Below, piece after piece: positions 39,477 to 53,904 of a DNA stretch of 64,000 nucleotides; the stretch's first letter is position 1, and every line of letters starts with the position of its first letter. Where the stretch lies: assembly GCA_951406725.2 (NCBI GenBank), contig OX597820.1:55800001-55864000 (forward strand), in the 5' to 3' direction. A model generated the notes under the pieces. The model saw nothing but the letters and a program-made list of their open reading frames with translations, did no database searches and was not told the origin of the DNA. Source of the stretch: Octopus vulgaris (lineage: Eukaryota). Position numbers and translations under genes: made by a program.

Positions 39477-42374
39477 TTGTGCCTGTAAATAAACACACAC
39501 ACGCATATACATATATATATAAAAATATATATGTACACATACATATGTGCATATACGTAAATATACATATATGTATATACACATAGACACCAATACACAC
39601 GAAGGAAGGAAGGAAATCAACTTCTCTGATATCACAGCTTAAGATGTTTTACAGAAGGGGGAGGAGACAATTGAAAAAGGAAATCCCACCCCCCTTATGA
39701 AAATAGATAATATATGATGCAAATACATTTTTCTTTTTTTTTTTTTTTAAAGATCTTGTGACTTATTGATAACTGTGAAAAGAACAACAATTAGATAAGG
39801 CCAGCACAACTGCACAGCAAGCATAAGAACTAGACAGTTTGCATTGTTGATATAAATCATTTTTTTTTTACAGCTTTAGTTTGTTAAGAGAAAATAGAAG
39901 GGAGGGAGAAAAAAAATTGAAGAAATTAAAAAAAAAAAAACAGAAACGAAGATGTTTATTAATAGTAAAGCAATTGTTAGTGTTACTCTCTGGGCCCAAG
40001 CAAAGTTCAATAACAACATTAATGGCTGTTTTATAATGATGGAAATGTCTATTGTTTAAATATCTTAAAACTATTACCAACCCAGTTGCCAGGACTTAAA
40101 AGAGAATCTTTCAGTAGTATTTTGTGTGCCCCTGTTGCATAATTGTTTGCAGTTAGCTTTCTAATACTCCCTGCATTAAATATGTTAGCAGTGACATAAA
40201 CGAGCTTCTACAGTCTGACACCAAGTCGTAGGACTTAAGGATTTGTAAGAATGATTCTCTTACCCTCTTTTGAACTGGAGAAAAAACAAGGGTTGAGTAC
40301 AGTACAGCAAAATCAGAAGCATACTGAAGTGAGCTTCTACATATAAATGACTTGCTAGATATAGCAACTAAATCTCCTTCAAATCATATCTATTGTCTTA
40401 TGGTGGTCATTGTCTAGAACACTTCTGACCATAGAGGCACCCAGTCATGGCAGACAATGAACTGTAAACACCCTTAAAACCTGTATATGATACTTTGTGG
40501 AGGAAAACACTATTGAGATACAAGTGAACTGTCAGGATCATAGAACAGCACCAATGACAGGTAGGCAAAAAAACTCCTCCTGACTCAACCAGTTGTAACT
40601 CTTGCACCTGACATCTAAAGATTATTCAGTTCTAAGGATCATCACCTTCAGTAAAAAATAAACTTTACCTTCCCCATAATTTTGTAAATCATGGTCAACC
40701 AAAGCTTTTAATCTTAGATTTGATTCCAATGGACCCAATAATTATTATGAGCACATAGAAAGCCCAATTCCTCTTTACTTCTAAATAGATTGATCTATCA
40801 ATATGACACCCAATTTCATTACAATACTAAATTCCATTTTCACAGTAAGACCTAACTCACTGAGGTTCATATTAACAATCCAACAGCTTTATCTCCCTTC
40901 CTCTCCAAAATCCCCCCCCCTGTCTCTATCAATAAACCATACAGACAATTCCCACGATTTGAGCTGAACTATCAAAGCAAATGTATTCATTAGCCACCTT
41001 TTCAAAATGATCATCAGCTATATAAACTGCTATTAAACTAGGTATATTTAGTTTAAATAAACACACACCAGTGGTAACTGTTTGAAAATTTAAGTTTAAT
41101 ATCTCCATTTTGCAAGCATTCAGACAAGACCCACTGTTTCAACTCAGATTTATCCAATATATATTCAGGCTATGGACCGGTCACAATCTCATCAACTTGA
41201 AAGACTGCTACGGCCAAAAGTAATTGCCCTTCAAGAATTTTCCCATAGTTAAATCTTTGCACTTGAATTGCAAAAAAATAGATGCAAAATATTTAGTAGT
41301 TGGTGAACATGGGGTCTATGACATTAAAGTCTGATAGGTTAATGAAACAATATTACTGCAGCAGCCAATCTTACAGAAGTAAGATTTATAGGTTCAGACT
41401 TTACACACCTTAGTTGGGAAGGCAGAGTCAATTTAGTAGGCTCTATTGTATAAGTGTTTATTTTATTAATTTATGAAAGATGAAAGGAAACTCAGGCAAG
41501 ATTCAAACAATATTAAATACTGTAAAGCATTTTAACCAATGCTCCAAACTCACTGTCCACCCACATGTCATTAGTTCTTTACTAAAGACTATATATTTGT
41601 AGCGAAAGAATATAACTAGATCTACCTGACTAATATGAACTTAGAATTTAGGACAAAGTTAGCTATTCTCCTACACTAGCATTTCTACTAGTTAACTGCA
41701 TTAAAAAAATTTTTTAAACTACTAATAATAATAATGCAATACCAGGCACTGGCTCTCATGGCTTCTGATCTTAACTGATTGGAAGTGTTATCATGTAGAT
41801 GTTTTGTCTTGGTGTAAAAGACAGACTACAGCACATATTCTGCTCGACGCCACAGATTTACTTGTCAGTTGTTTGACCATAACCAGTTGAGGATGTCCCT
41901 TGGTGGTTGATGATATGTGCATCTCTGATCATAAGCAGAAGCAGTAGGGGAGCATCATAGCCATGTGTTGAAAGGAATTCTTTGAGGTTTGGATAATTCA
42001 CCTCTGGAAACATGGGGGTTTTCATTCAACATCCTTAAGCAACCTTTCCTTATTCAGGGACCTTTTGAGCACGATGGACTACTCAACTTGAAGAAAATTC
42101 TAACCGGGCCCCAATGCAAAGTCACACATTGTTTATTTTGATGTGGATCACCATGTTGCACACATGGTTGTGATGCATGTGCTTGATGTACCCTTACCAG
42201 ACAGGTAGTCATAATGGGTATACTGGGGTTCATATATTTGTGCCCCAGTGTCACTGATGGCAAGCACTGCTCTCTAACTCAATAATAATAAGTATCAGTC
42301 AAACACTGGAGTCAATATAACTGACTAGCACTTCCAAATTTCAGGCCCTCTGCATATAATAGAAAGTAAAATAA

Positions 42375-42545
42375 TAAAGGTTTCAAATTTTGACACAAAG
42401 CCAGCAATTTTTGGGGAAAGAGGCTAGTCAATTAGATTGACCCCAGTGCTCAATTGGTACTTATTTTATTAACCCCGAAGGATGAAAGGCAAAGTCAACC
42501 TCAACAGAATTTGAACGAAGAACGTGAAGATGGATGAAATGCCAC
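42375..42545 (-). mobile_element. Nin-domain-like SINE fragment (degenerate relatives at 4290, 12870, 19262, 38080-38460)
   Basis: - strand gttcaaattctgttgaggttgactttgcctttcatccttcggggttaataaaataagtacc. Confidence 0.65.
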
Positions 42546-45500
42546 GAACACACATTACTTAGTGACAAGAGTCTGGCTGCACTTAGAAACATATGCAACC
42601 TGACTTAACATATAGCAACATCTTAATATGCATTTCCAGATGGCTCACCATTTCTCTTCATAATGGCAGCTCCTAAGCCTACAGACAGTTACAGATGACA
42701 GCTATAAACTTACCTCACTATGCTCCTAATGCCTGGCAACTGCTACTTTTGACAGCTAAAACACACTCTTCCTCCTCACCTGACAGCCATAAGTAATTGA
42801 ACTTTGCTTCCAGATATCCAGTAAGTTAGTGTGTGTATATATGTATGTGTGTGTGTGTTAGATCACTTTATTCAGCTACTTGTAAACATTCCAGTGTTTT
42901 GTTTCTCTCTCTCAGACACTACAGGTTTTAAAGACACACAAGGAACATTCTAAACAATAGGATGGTTATGGTTGAATGCTTTTGAACAGGGTTCACCAAA
43001 GGTTAAACAACAACAAAAAACAACAATGAGTGAGTGAACACCACAAATATCAGAACAAGTTCCTCAAAATTGCCATTTATGGTTCACACTTCAGACATAA
43101 TACTTTTTACTATTCAGACAAAAAGTAATATGCATCTCTGTGACACAAACCTAGAAATGTTTAAAAAAGACTCACAGCAAATAATATTTTAAATACTAGC
43201 TTGGTTCAAAGAGTCACAACATTGGCTTAACCAATATATGAACTGAAGAACTGCAGCCCAACATCTTAATCAAGTACATTGTTCTTCAAATACGAAGCTA
43301 TGAAAATGTTGAGTGAGTGTAATAATCCTAGGCAATCAAACTTTGTATTTATTGAACTATTTCTTGCTAGCATTTTGTTAATTTTGGCCAACATTAATCA
43401 TTCTACACCCTCTCATTTCAGACAGATACAAAAGGAAAATGAAGATCTTTGTGTGTGAGAGGGCAGGCAGCAGATGTGGGAAATTTGCCATATCCACATA
43501 AAAAATCCTGGATCTAGAACTTTACCAGAACATACTGTGGTCTTGATAAATTCAACTGAACTTCCATGATTTTCCTTTACCTTCAATTTCTTCCTTTACT
43601 CATTCTGCTCACATTAATTTGTTATTTTATTTCTAAGAATTTTATTCCAAAATAACACATTCCTTTCCTCTACCTTAGAGAATTCTCCCCACAAATTGCA
43701 ATCGTAATACGTTTTTAAGAGATGAAGCATCCTGTTTTCTCTATAGCAATATTAAAATGATGATTAAAATAGGTCGTATATATGTGTGTGTATGGGGAGG
43801 TGTGTGTGCATATATACACACACAAACACGGCATGTATGTATATATATATATACACACACACTACATACAGACATGTACACAAAGTGTGCATGCTCTTAC
43901 CATGAAGTGTATATTATTTTATGGCATGAGCACATAACCACATTTATGAATACATTCTGTCCATCTTTGCTTTCATAGCTCGATGCATGGTAGGCTCTGC
44001 TGGTACTGCTATAGTGCTGAAGAACAGGCTACATCATATATTGTGTTCGGAAACTTTTGCATCCTAGAACAGAACCCACTCAAATTGAGGTTATTGTCAG
44101 AGACAACGAGAAATTAGGAACAACCACAGCAAATGTGGAACAGAGATATCTGCATGGTGCTGCAAAACACATCTCAGTTGCAATCACTTGAAAAAGATGT
44201 GTTTTATATATGCCATCCATACATACACATATCCCAAACACTATTGCGAGATCATGGGTTCACTTCTTCAATTCTCAGACTGGGTGGTGTGTTGTGTAAT
44301 GAGCAAAACATTTCATCTTACATTGCTCTGCAACCACTGACATCTGGTGTGTGTCACACAGTACAGCTGTACAGGTAATGTTGATTTGATCACTAAACTA
44401 ATCATCTGTGCAGTTTATTCAGCAAGAAATTGCAGAATCATCTTTCTCAGACTCAAAAGACTACCCTTATCCCAAACACACATACATACACACTCAAATG
44501 TGTGTGTGTGTCCTGAAAATGGAATGAAGAAGCATGACAAAGGGGAGGAGGAGTTGATAACTCCAAATAAGAACTGATTTGAAGCTTGATGCCCTGTCCA
44601 ACCAATGCCAGTGTGGGAAAGTAGACATAAAATATATATATGTAATATTTATGTAAAAACTGAGGGGCTGAGTAATGATATTTTGAAAATATTTTCAGCT
44701 TTCCATTCAAACTCTGAATTAAGGACAACCTATCTCAGCAACATTTATTTAGTAATGGGCAATAACATTACTAAGTCAGCGGTTTTGAATTTCAGTTAGA
44801 CCATATTCTTGGAGGAGTATGAGAAAGACATTAAAATAAAAAGTGTCAACTGCCAAAACCTGAGACAATGTTATGAAGAACACGTTTAAATGAGATAACT
44901 CATCCAAGAGTAGAAACCATATTAGAAATGGTTTTTTCCAAAATCTTAATTATGGAGCATTGGCACCTTATAGGAGGTACACTAAGATACAAAACCAAAT
45001 TTATATAACAACAATGTAATATAGCTGTAACTGATCAAAGCAGTAGTCAATTTTTTTTTTAGCAAAAATCTTACAGCATAAAGAAAGAATCCCCTATCCA
45101 GCAGATTGTTCAATCTTTCATTTCTGAACTTGCATTTGGTACAAAGTATGTCAAAGCTGGCTGCATCCAATGTAATTTATACTAAATATGATGCATGCTA
45201 GAATTATCACAGGTGTCCACAGACACACCAACCTAGATATGATAGTTTTTACTTTGTCTTTGCATTAGTCACTTGCCTAACATACTGAACGCAATAGTAG
45301 ACTAAGAGAAAATGCATCAGTTTAGCAATCAAGGGCCGTTAGCTTAGTTTCAATTTCTATCAAAGGAAGACAAGGAGCTGACACTAGGAGTTACACACAA
45401 GTTAAACACAAACTAAACTGGTAAAAAGGTGCAATTAATTGAAAACTAACACAGGAAACACTTTGGAACCGAGAGTAAACACTGAAAATACACAGTAGTG

Positions 45501-45712
45501 AATAGAGCATTTTGAAGAATATGGTTTTAAGTATTAAGTTGCTTGCAGGGAAGAAAGTTAGGCAAACAGTTTAGCATATAGCAAAGTAAAAGAATATATA
45601 TGTAAAAGAAAAAGAAAAAAAAAAAAGAAAAAAGAGGAAAAAAACTATTGTCACATAGTTCTATGCTGGCTGCGGTGTGCTGAGGAACAGGGCCAAAATG
45701 AACGTTACTTAC

Positions 45713-46394
45713 GAGGACAAGCAACTAGCCTAGTACATAGTCCCAATACTAGGTGACGTGACTTTTGTGAAAATGAAACCAGCAGGAGAGGTTATATTGC
45801 GTGGTCAGGGATTGACCATTGGTCAGTCGAATAATATCACGTAAAAGGTGCCATGTGTTGCACCTACACATGTTGGTATGAGAGGAGAGGGCTAGGGTTG
45901 ATGGCCTTCGGACTCCTCAATCGAGGGCTGGTTCGAAAGAATTGGTCTAGGTTAATGAGTACGGTTGTTGTAGTAGTAGTGGTAGTAGTAGTAGTAGTAG
46001 TAAACTGGTGACAGATGTAGAATTGGATTGGTCAGATGTAGATGTGGAGTCTAGTCTTCGGAGAGCCGTTACAATTGGTCTAGGATAACATGTACAGACG
46101 ACTGACAACTGTAGCATTTGGTGTCTTTGGTAGTCTCCGCAGAGAGCAGGGGTCAGTCACTCAGCAACACTGAGTTTGTAACTCGGTGGAAAGTGAGACG
46201 CAGTAGGTCGTCCAGGAATGGAGTTGTACTGTTTGGAGACAACGGAATGCCAGATCGAAGACGCAGATCATGCGGCTGACTATGATTGGTGTGTAGCAGA
46301 AGTATCTGGTGGTAGATAGTGTGCGGAGGAGACGTGTGACGCAGTAGGAGGAGCGCCGTAGCACAGTGAGGACGCACGACTGTATGACTGATCC
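45713..46394 (-). other. Candidate poison (PTC) cassette exon of the SR gene, 682 nt
   Basis: gtttgtctag| and |gtaagtaa; GC/CpG-richer than the flanks. In-frame TAG at 46282-46280 after 37 codons. Lies in the intron following the RRM. Confidence 0.72.
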
Positions 46395-49300
46395 CTAGAC
46401 AAACATGGGCATACAAGCATATCAAGTAAATGGCAAAGCAAAACCTAAATCCATGGATGTCATAAAGGTGGTCACTTAACCACCAGCTGACGACAGAAAT
46501 ACTATATTTTACACTGGCTGCAGGGATCATAGTGGAAATTAGTTTTAGCCAAAATGGAGAGCTTCTAAATAGTCTCAATAAATTATTCTACAATTGGGGG
46601 GTGGGGTGAAAAATATTTCTTTGGTTATAAACATCTTTGAAAAGTACTTCCCTGTTCAGTTACCTATAAACTTGATTAGATGGCAAGAGTAAATATTTTG
46701 ATATTTGTTTTAATTAAACATTATAATTACAGACAACTTTACTGAATATCAGCATGATGATTGCACACATCAGCTTTTGGAGAGAAAGGCTGTTTTCTTT
46801 TTTTTTTTTGTCTTTGCGTATGTGATAGACTGCATCTATTGATGTATAAGTGTGGAATAAGCCAAAGAAATAATACTCAGTGTCTTAGGGTATAACCAAT
46901 AATGATTTCTAATGTAAGCATATTGCTTAGGGAAAGAGAATGTGTGATGTTCATGCTTTTCTCAATTGATGAATTAATTCAAAAGCAATTATTTTAAAAT
47001 CAGTATCATACTAGTGAATGTACTGGTGGAAAATTGATTCCAATACTATGGTCTTTTGCTTAGGCAGAATACAGATAGTTGCAAAGGCAAAGTTTTGTTT
47101 GTTAGAGGATTCACACCAGCCAACAACAAACCAATGAAAAAGCATTTATTTTTGCTAAGCTGCGTAGATATAGCAGCCAAACTTCCCTTAAATCACACTT
47201 TGCTGTCTTAGAAAAATAAAAGGACACATAAGATAATGTAGTCCTAGGTAGAATGGCCACAACTGGAATGCCTTTCATTACAGATCTATTTAATCAGAAT
47301 GGACATGAAGCTAAACAGCACTCAAAGAATAACAGTTTAAGTGTTTTTCATGTCTAGATTCCTGCTTCTCATGTAAATGTTACCACTCTACCTAAGCTTT
47401 ACAACTCTTCCTTTCCAGGTTGGCTGCAGCACATTCAACTACCACCTATATACAGCTAACAAACTTATTCAAGCTAAATTCTTATTTCAATCATAATAAC
47501 AATCCAGACACTAGTTTATAACCAAAAAAAGAAAAGAAAAAAAAGAAAGGAAACTTCAGTACAAAGAGTTAGAAGAGTGGGGGAGATTCCATGCAACCAG
47601 TGTAACAAAATCTAGAAATAATATAGTTGGAATTCACTGTACTTAATGCTTCACTTTGGATAAAAAAGAAACAAATTACAAACAAAAAAATTACAAGTTT
47701 TCATTTACAACCAAATAAAAAAAAATTGTATATTTTTTGAGTATATTATTTCTCATATCAGAACAGTACCTGCAATAAAAAGTGTACAGATTACTAATCA
47801 AAGAATAGACTTGTGATAAAGTAATTTGAAACAACATATGGGACCAGAAGCCCTGGGGAGTCGATTTTAGAATCTAGAGTTCAAAGTTTCCCAGTGAAAT
47901 TGACTTTTGTAGAACTTTGCACTAAAGGAGATTAAGAATTATATAGTCAAATGTGATGATGAACAATCCAATATCATTAGAAAGAAATTATTTTATGACA
48001 ATGCCAACATGGAATTTAAAGTTCTTCCCACTGAATTTAATGAATTAAATGGTGATAATATTTATGATGAAATTAGCATTAAAATTCCTTTAAATTTTTC
48101 TGAAAACTAGGAGATATTTCAGATATTGTAAACCCAGTAATTTAGCTAAATTAACAACAGAATACACCCCAACTCCTCAAAAAAAATTTAAGTTAAATTA
48201 TTTTCTCAATGGAATGATTGTTATTCTCTTAGAAAATATAAGATGTAAATAATTGTGACAGAAATACTTAAAGGTGTTAATAGACTAAAATTACTATGAG
48301 TAAAATTTTGTCTAAAATATTGTTCTGAAATTGATTTCTAACACACAGTTCTCAATAATAAAGAAAAGCATTTTAGTTACTAGACAACTAGAACTCACTG
48401 GAAGTCGCTTAGGTCAGTAATTAAAAAATTTCATGGGTTTGTTAACCTATAAATCACACACATCTGTGGAAGTGAAGTCCAAAGAATAAAAGTCATCATG
48501 CTGATTTGAAAGTTGAGAAATTTGTCAAAGAAGAATACACAAACCAACAACACAACATCGACAGAAATGCAAGAGAATATTTCATACATAAATGAACTGA
48601 ACTTAAAAGAAAAATACTGTAACCTTTTTAATCTAAATATATGTCAGACAAGATATTCTAAATTTTGGTAACATTTACATGCAAAAGTTTAAACTAATTA
48701 TTGCTCAGTTAAAATAAAACTATATCCACAGCAGACATAACTGTAGTCTGCATTCTATCAGAGCATCCATTAGTGTGTTGACATGTCTGCAGGCCTAGGA
48801 AAACATGAATATTTCCAACATAAAGAACTCTGGCCAAAAACAGAATCTTATATTCCCAGGTTTCTCCGCTCTCTCTCTCTCACTGGCACATGTCAATCCA
48901 AACACACACACACATCTGTTTTTGGTTATGGAGAAGTAAAATGCTATTTTTCCATGGTCTAGAAATGCATACTGAAGAAAGATCCTTTTCAAAGTAGTTT
49001 TTCCTCATTAGTGGGGGTGGGGAGTTGTGAAGATTTAAAAAAGTCGACAAATTGCCATGTTTAATAAAATAAACAGAATTCCCAACTTTTTAAACTTGTT
49101 TAAACCTCTTTGAAGAAAGAAGAATGGTATCAATGTAAATTCTAGTTTGTCTTCTCATTAATGATGAAGGAGACAAGGGCAAAAAAACTTTTGTTAATAG
49201 TTTGGTGATATTTGTCATTTTGAAAAATCAAGCCTTAAAATAATATCTAACTGAAGACTAGGTTTAGGATATTCAAGAAAAATTGATACACAAGAACCAA

Positions 49301-51819
49301 ATCCCCCCCAAATCCTCACTTTTATTCAGCTGAAGCAATTTATGAATACTGATCAATAGGATTTGACCCATTCTTATCAGTCACAAGCTTTTATCTGCAA
49401 ACAAAGTATTAATTGCAGGCTAATAAAAGCTAATTTGAAATGTAAACCTGATAAAGTCTTTAAAAACATTTTTGGAATTCTGTTGCTAATTTAGATGTAA
49501 AGCCAATAGTAACTATTAAAAAATCATTTAAGCCAATTATACTATTCAATAATGGAGAAAATGCCAAGAAGGAATGGAAGCAGTTTTAAGAATGTTACTA
49601 ACCAATAAGAATTTCACAACCCAATATAAGGAGATGGTCTCTCCTCACTGCCCCAGGTGGCAGTGAACAGCTACAAGTACATAACTGAATACTTTTATTA
49701 GGCTACATTGGTGCACTCCAAACAATTTACAGTGGTGTGAAAAAAAGTCTTGACAAGTTACCTTAGTGTAACACTTAATGTCAAATTGTTAAATGCATAT
49801 TCACTGAAACAAGACATTTTACGTTCAAAGCTATGAGAAATGACACCAAATTTCAATACAACTATAAAAAAAAGGTTACTTAAAAACAATACACTACAAG
49901 TAGTCTCACCATTCAAAACCACTTAGAAAATGTATGAAAGTATCAACCTCTCACATTTCATATATATGTCCCTCCTCTCAACGTAATTTGAATTAGTTTT
50001 GGCACAAAATATTAAAATTTTTATGTTCTAGCAACATACTCCAGCTAAGGATAGTTTACAGTCAGAAAAATGTATTTTGTAAAAAGTGTGTTCCAGCTAA
50101 TTAAACCACCTAGCAAGCATATATACAACCTTTACTCAAGAATCTAGACAATATCTCTTGAGAGAAAATCCATGGTGAGTGAAAGCGATTTTTAGGTTGA
50201 CCTTAGCATCAGAATTTTTACTAAATTAACACAGAATTATTGTAGAGGCCTTACAGCAATTTTTATAGAAAAGTGAGACAGTTAAAGAGAGTGGAACTAT
50301 CTCAACAAATATAATTGAAAACAAAAAAGTTGAGATAGATTTAATCAGTTATCATCAACAGTGTAAATAATGAGAAATATGTAACATCATACAGAAGAGT
50401 AACTACTTTATGTAACTCTTGATTTATCAATTTATTCAAAGTATTTTAGAATAAATTAAAATATTACGGTACAGTATCTGTAAATATCAATATTTACATG
50501 GAACTGCAGCTAAACATTAAATAGTGAACAGAGATTTTGTGGAATTACAGCTGAAGAGTAAATGGTAATAACATTTTACAGACTTGAAGTTAATGGTAGA
50601 GTAAGTGAGCTAAATGGTTGGGATAAACTTACTACATCAAGAGGTATTATAGAGCTTTATCCACCTGAGAGAATCTAAGAATATCATAACCAATAATATC
50701 TCACGACAGACTGCTCTACACACATATCAGATGATCCATTAGTGAGCAGTCACTCACAAACACTCAGTTACTTCCATGTAAAAAAAGAAAAAATGTTCAG
50801 GCAGAGCTGACAGGAGCTAATTAGCAGCATCAGCCAGCCATCCTAAAAATACCATATTCATTGAAGCCATATCAGATATGAAAAAATGCTGACATGGTTA
50901 GATGTAATCATAAATAACAGCGAAAAAGATTTAAGTTGACCTTTTCTTAGCATTCATAATCAGCATTAACCCTTATATTCAGATTACTGTCAAATATAAT
51001 GCTTATTTATTCACATATTGTTTTGAATTAATCCTGCATTGTCTCAGTTTTGAGACCTCTAAGATGTGAATGTTTATTTTTAGAATGTCATTGTCAGGTA
51101 GGTGTGAGAGGCCATATCTGGCTAGTTTGAATATAAAACAATATTTTGGCTGGATATGGTAGGTCTAAATGCTAAAGCCCTTTCAAAGCACACATTATTA
51201 AACATGTTTACATGACTGTCTTAAAGCATTTATGCAGTCCAACCCATGGACAATGGATGTTAAATGATGATGCATGGTCTGTGTGAATCTACTTATCTAA
51301 TGTTTCTTAAATAGCAGTTTTTAACATGATTCTGAGTATTAAGCAGGTCAAGAAGACAAAAAAGGAAATGATGATTCCTTCCAAACATCTGATAAAGGAA
51401 ATGAATAAGTGATAAATATTGCAACAAAGAATTGATTCACTGATTGAAAACAAACAAAAGTCTCTGTTTGTTACTTTGAACATCATTTCATTTACAGCTA
51501 GCACAGATTTCATAATCACACAAATAAACCAATAGTCCTTGTCATATGAAGTGTGAATTTGTCACAGTTGTTAAGGATAAAGTGTCACTACTGACAAGGT
51601 AGCATTAAGTTACATAAGTTTTTTTTTTTTTAACCTAACATGAGATAATGTACCAGGCTTGTTATGCTCTTAGTTGGTATTTTTAGTTAGTAATTATCCT
51701 TTCTGGAACCACAATGATCCATTTAGAGAAAGAGCTCATTAATATATACATTTGCTATTTTTGAGTTAGAAAGATGAAAGGATTTTTTCAAAAAATTTAT
51801 AAATACTTTTCTGCCTACT

Positions 51820-52112
51820 CATTCATCATCATTTAACATCCGTTGTCCATGCTGGCATAGGTTGGATGGTTTGACCAGGGCTGGCAAGCTGGAAGGCTGC
51901 ACCAGGTTCCAGTCTGTTTTGACATGGTTTCTACGGCTAGATACACTTCCTAACGCCAACCACTCAGAGCGTAACAGATTTTTTTTACGTGCCACCGGTG
52001 TCTGCCATGACTGCAGATTTGGCTTGATGGGTCTTCTCAAGCACAGCATAATGCCAAATGGACTCAGTCATTGCCTCCTCAAGGCCCAACACTCCAAGCC
52101 CGGCATAGTGCC
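51820..52112 (-). mobile_element. RTE 3' end fragment
   Basis: Same tail family; includes tgctgtgcttgagaagaccc as in 23197-23216. Confidence 0.8.
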
Positions 52113-53207
52113 ACATGGTCTGAACAATTTATATACACAAATTTTAAACTGCTTTATTTTGTATCTCGTAAAAATAGCTCCAAGTCTTGCCATTCTCTAC
52201 TTTCAATTGTGGTGACAACAGCATAAAATAGAGTTGAGTCTACAAACTAGATTCATGGAAGCTATGCAAAATAGGTAGATGCATGGAAGTCCTATATACT
52301 GCTCTCCAAGTTATTCCCCAAATCACAAAAAGATTCATCAATTACAAGAAGTACTTCAATCTAAACACTGTATCAAATAAAGGAATGCCAACCTTTAAAA
52401 TTGTAAAGGAATAAATATTAGACATACCTAAAGGGAGTTTATTACACAATCACTTTTATGTAACTGAAATGAATGCTCAACAAAATGAAACCAGAGATAA
52501 TGAAACCAGAGATATAGTCAACTTCTAGATTGTACATGGGAATCTCCAAGCTTAAACTGGCTTACTGTCACATGAATGCAAATGATTTATTGATTAACCA
52601 AACATTCAGTTATATTAACCAACTACAACATAAATAATTTAATTTGCATGAAGGGGGGGGGGGGGGGTAGACAAAGTGTAATGGTGAGAATTTGCATGGT
52701 GAATGTTATAACTTCTCTACAAGTCCTTTTTTTTCCCCTTTCTAAAATCCTTCACTTCTGAAATCCAAATGCAGTAAGAAAATTAAGAACTCTAAGATAA
52801 GAGTAAACCTAATTAGCTAAATTACTGAACTATTCTAAACAAGTGAACTGTCAGGAAAAAAAAAAGCATGTTTTGTAGTCTCATGTTGGTTCATATTTGA
52901 CTATTTAATCCAATATCATAACAGCTAGCAACTGGAATAGAAACTAATTACAACCCAACTGTTTGGTCAACTAAACATTTTCATCAAATATTCTTAACTG
53001 GAGACAAATTTTTAGTGATAAATTCAAGTAATTATACATAAAACTGTATTTGACACACACACACATCTGAACCATATGCACACAACCTCACATATGTAAA
53101 TATTAAGGAAAGAACATATGCATGTACCTTTTTTATATTAATAAAAAATATATGTATAGGTAAAAAAATAGAATGTTGAAGAAATTTACAGTTATGGATA
53201 TACATAC

Positions 53208-53321
53208 CGACGCCAATGGCCTCCAGAATGACCCATGCCTCTCCGTCTAGAATTTCCTCTTGGTTTCCTTGTTTGGTATGGACGAGCATGTTCTACACGA
53301 ACTCTTCGACCACTAACAGAT
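53208..53321 (-). CDS. SR protein exon: end of RRM plus R/G linker (SVSGRRVRVEHARPYQTRKPRGNSRRRGMGHSGGHWR)
   Basis: Pyrimidine tract then gaag| acceptor, |gtatgt donor; 114 nt, phase 2-2. 'G.RVRVE' is the last RRM strand. Confidence 0.92.
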
Positions 53322-53524
53322 CTTCAAAAAAAGAGAGAGAGATTCAAGCAAAGTTTAAGTAAATTATGAGTTAACAAGAAACTATAGCATTAAATAATTG
53401 AGAGAGAGAGAGAGAGAGAGAGAGTGTGTACATTCTGTCGATAGTTCAGATCCCTAACCCTATAGCCACTGTTCCTCAACCATTACGTGTATTTCCTCCT
53501 AGTTCTCTATATAAATGCTAGGTA

Positions 53525-53904
53525 TCTCTCTCTATATAAACGGCAGTTTGTCTGTGCGTTTTCTGTGTGTCTGTTTTCTCGTACCCTCACCCTGACCACG
53601 GCTTTCAACCGATTCTGATGAAACTTGACACACACATAGCCCAATGTCATAATTCAAAACTAACGCAGCGAAAATTTTGAAAAGTTCCCCCAGTTCTGAA
53701 AAAAATTGATAAATTCGACATGGGGTCGAGAATCAGAAACACAAACCGCAAACTGTCATGGGGACGCAACTCCACCTTTTTAACTAAAAAAAAATTTACC
53801 ATCATTTTTTTCCATTTTTTTGCTATTTTTTGGCTATAACTCTCTAAAAATGCTTTATAGTTATTTCCCTTACAAACCTGAGCAACGCCGGGCGATACTG
53901 CTAG
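53525..53904 (+). mobile_element. Non-autonomous Helitron
   Basis: A|TC start, CTAG|T end, subterminal GC hairpin cctgagcaacgccggg, no TSD. Confidence 0.75.

Noticed and set aside
39259-39635. Overlapping hydrophobic ORFs
   Set aside because: Products of (TA)n/(TG)n microsatellites; same for the YI/HT-rich ORFs elsewhere.
46153-46578. 141-aa standalone ORF on -
   Set aside because: No recognisable domain. It crosses the acceptor at 46395 and is not the frame entered by splicing from 53208; better explained by the poison-exon sequence.
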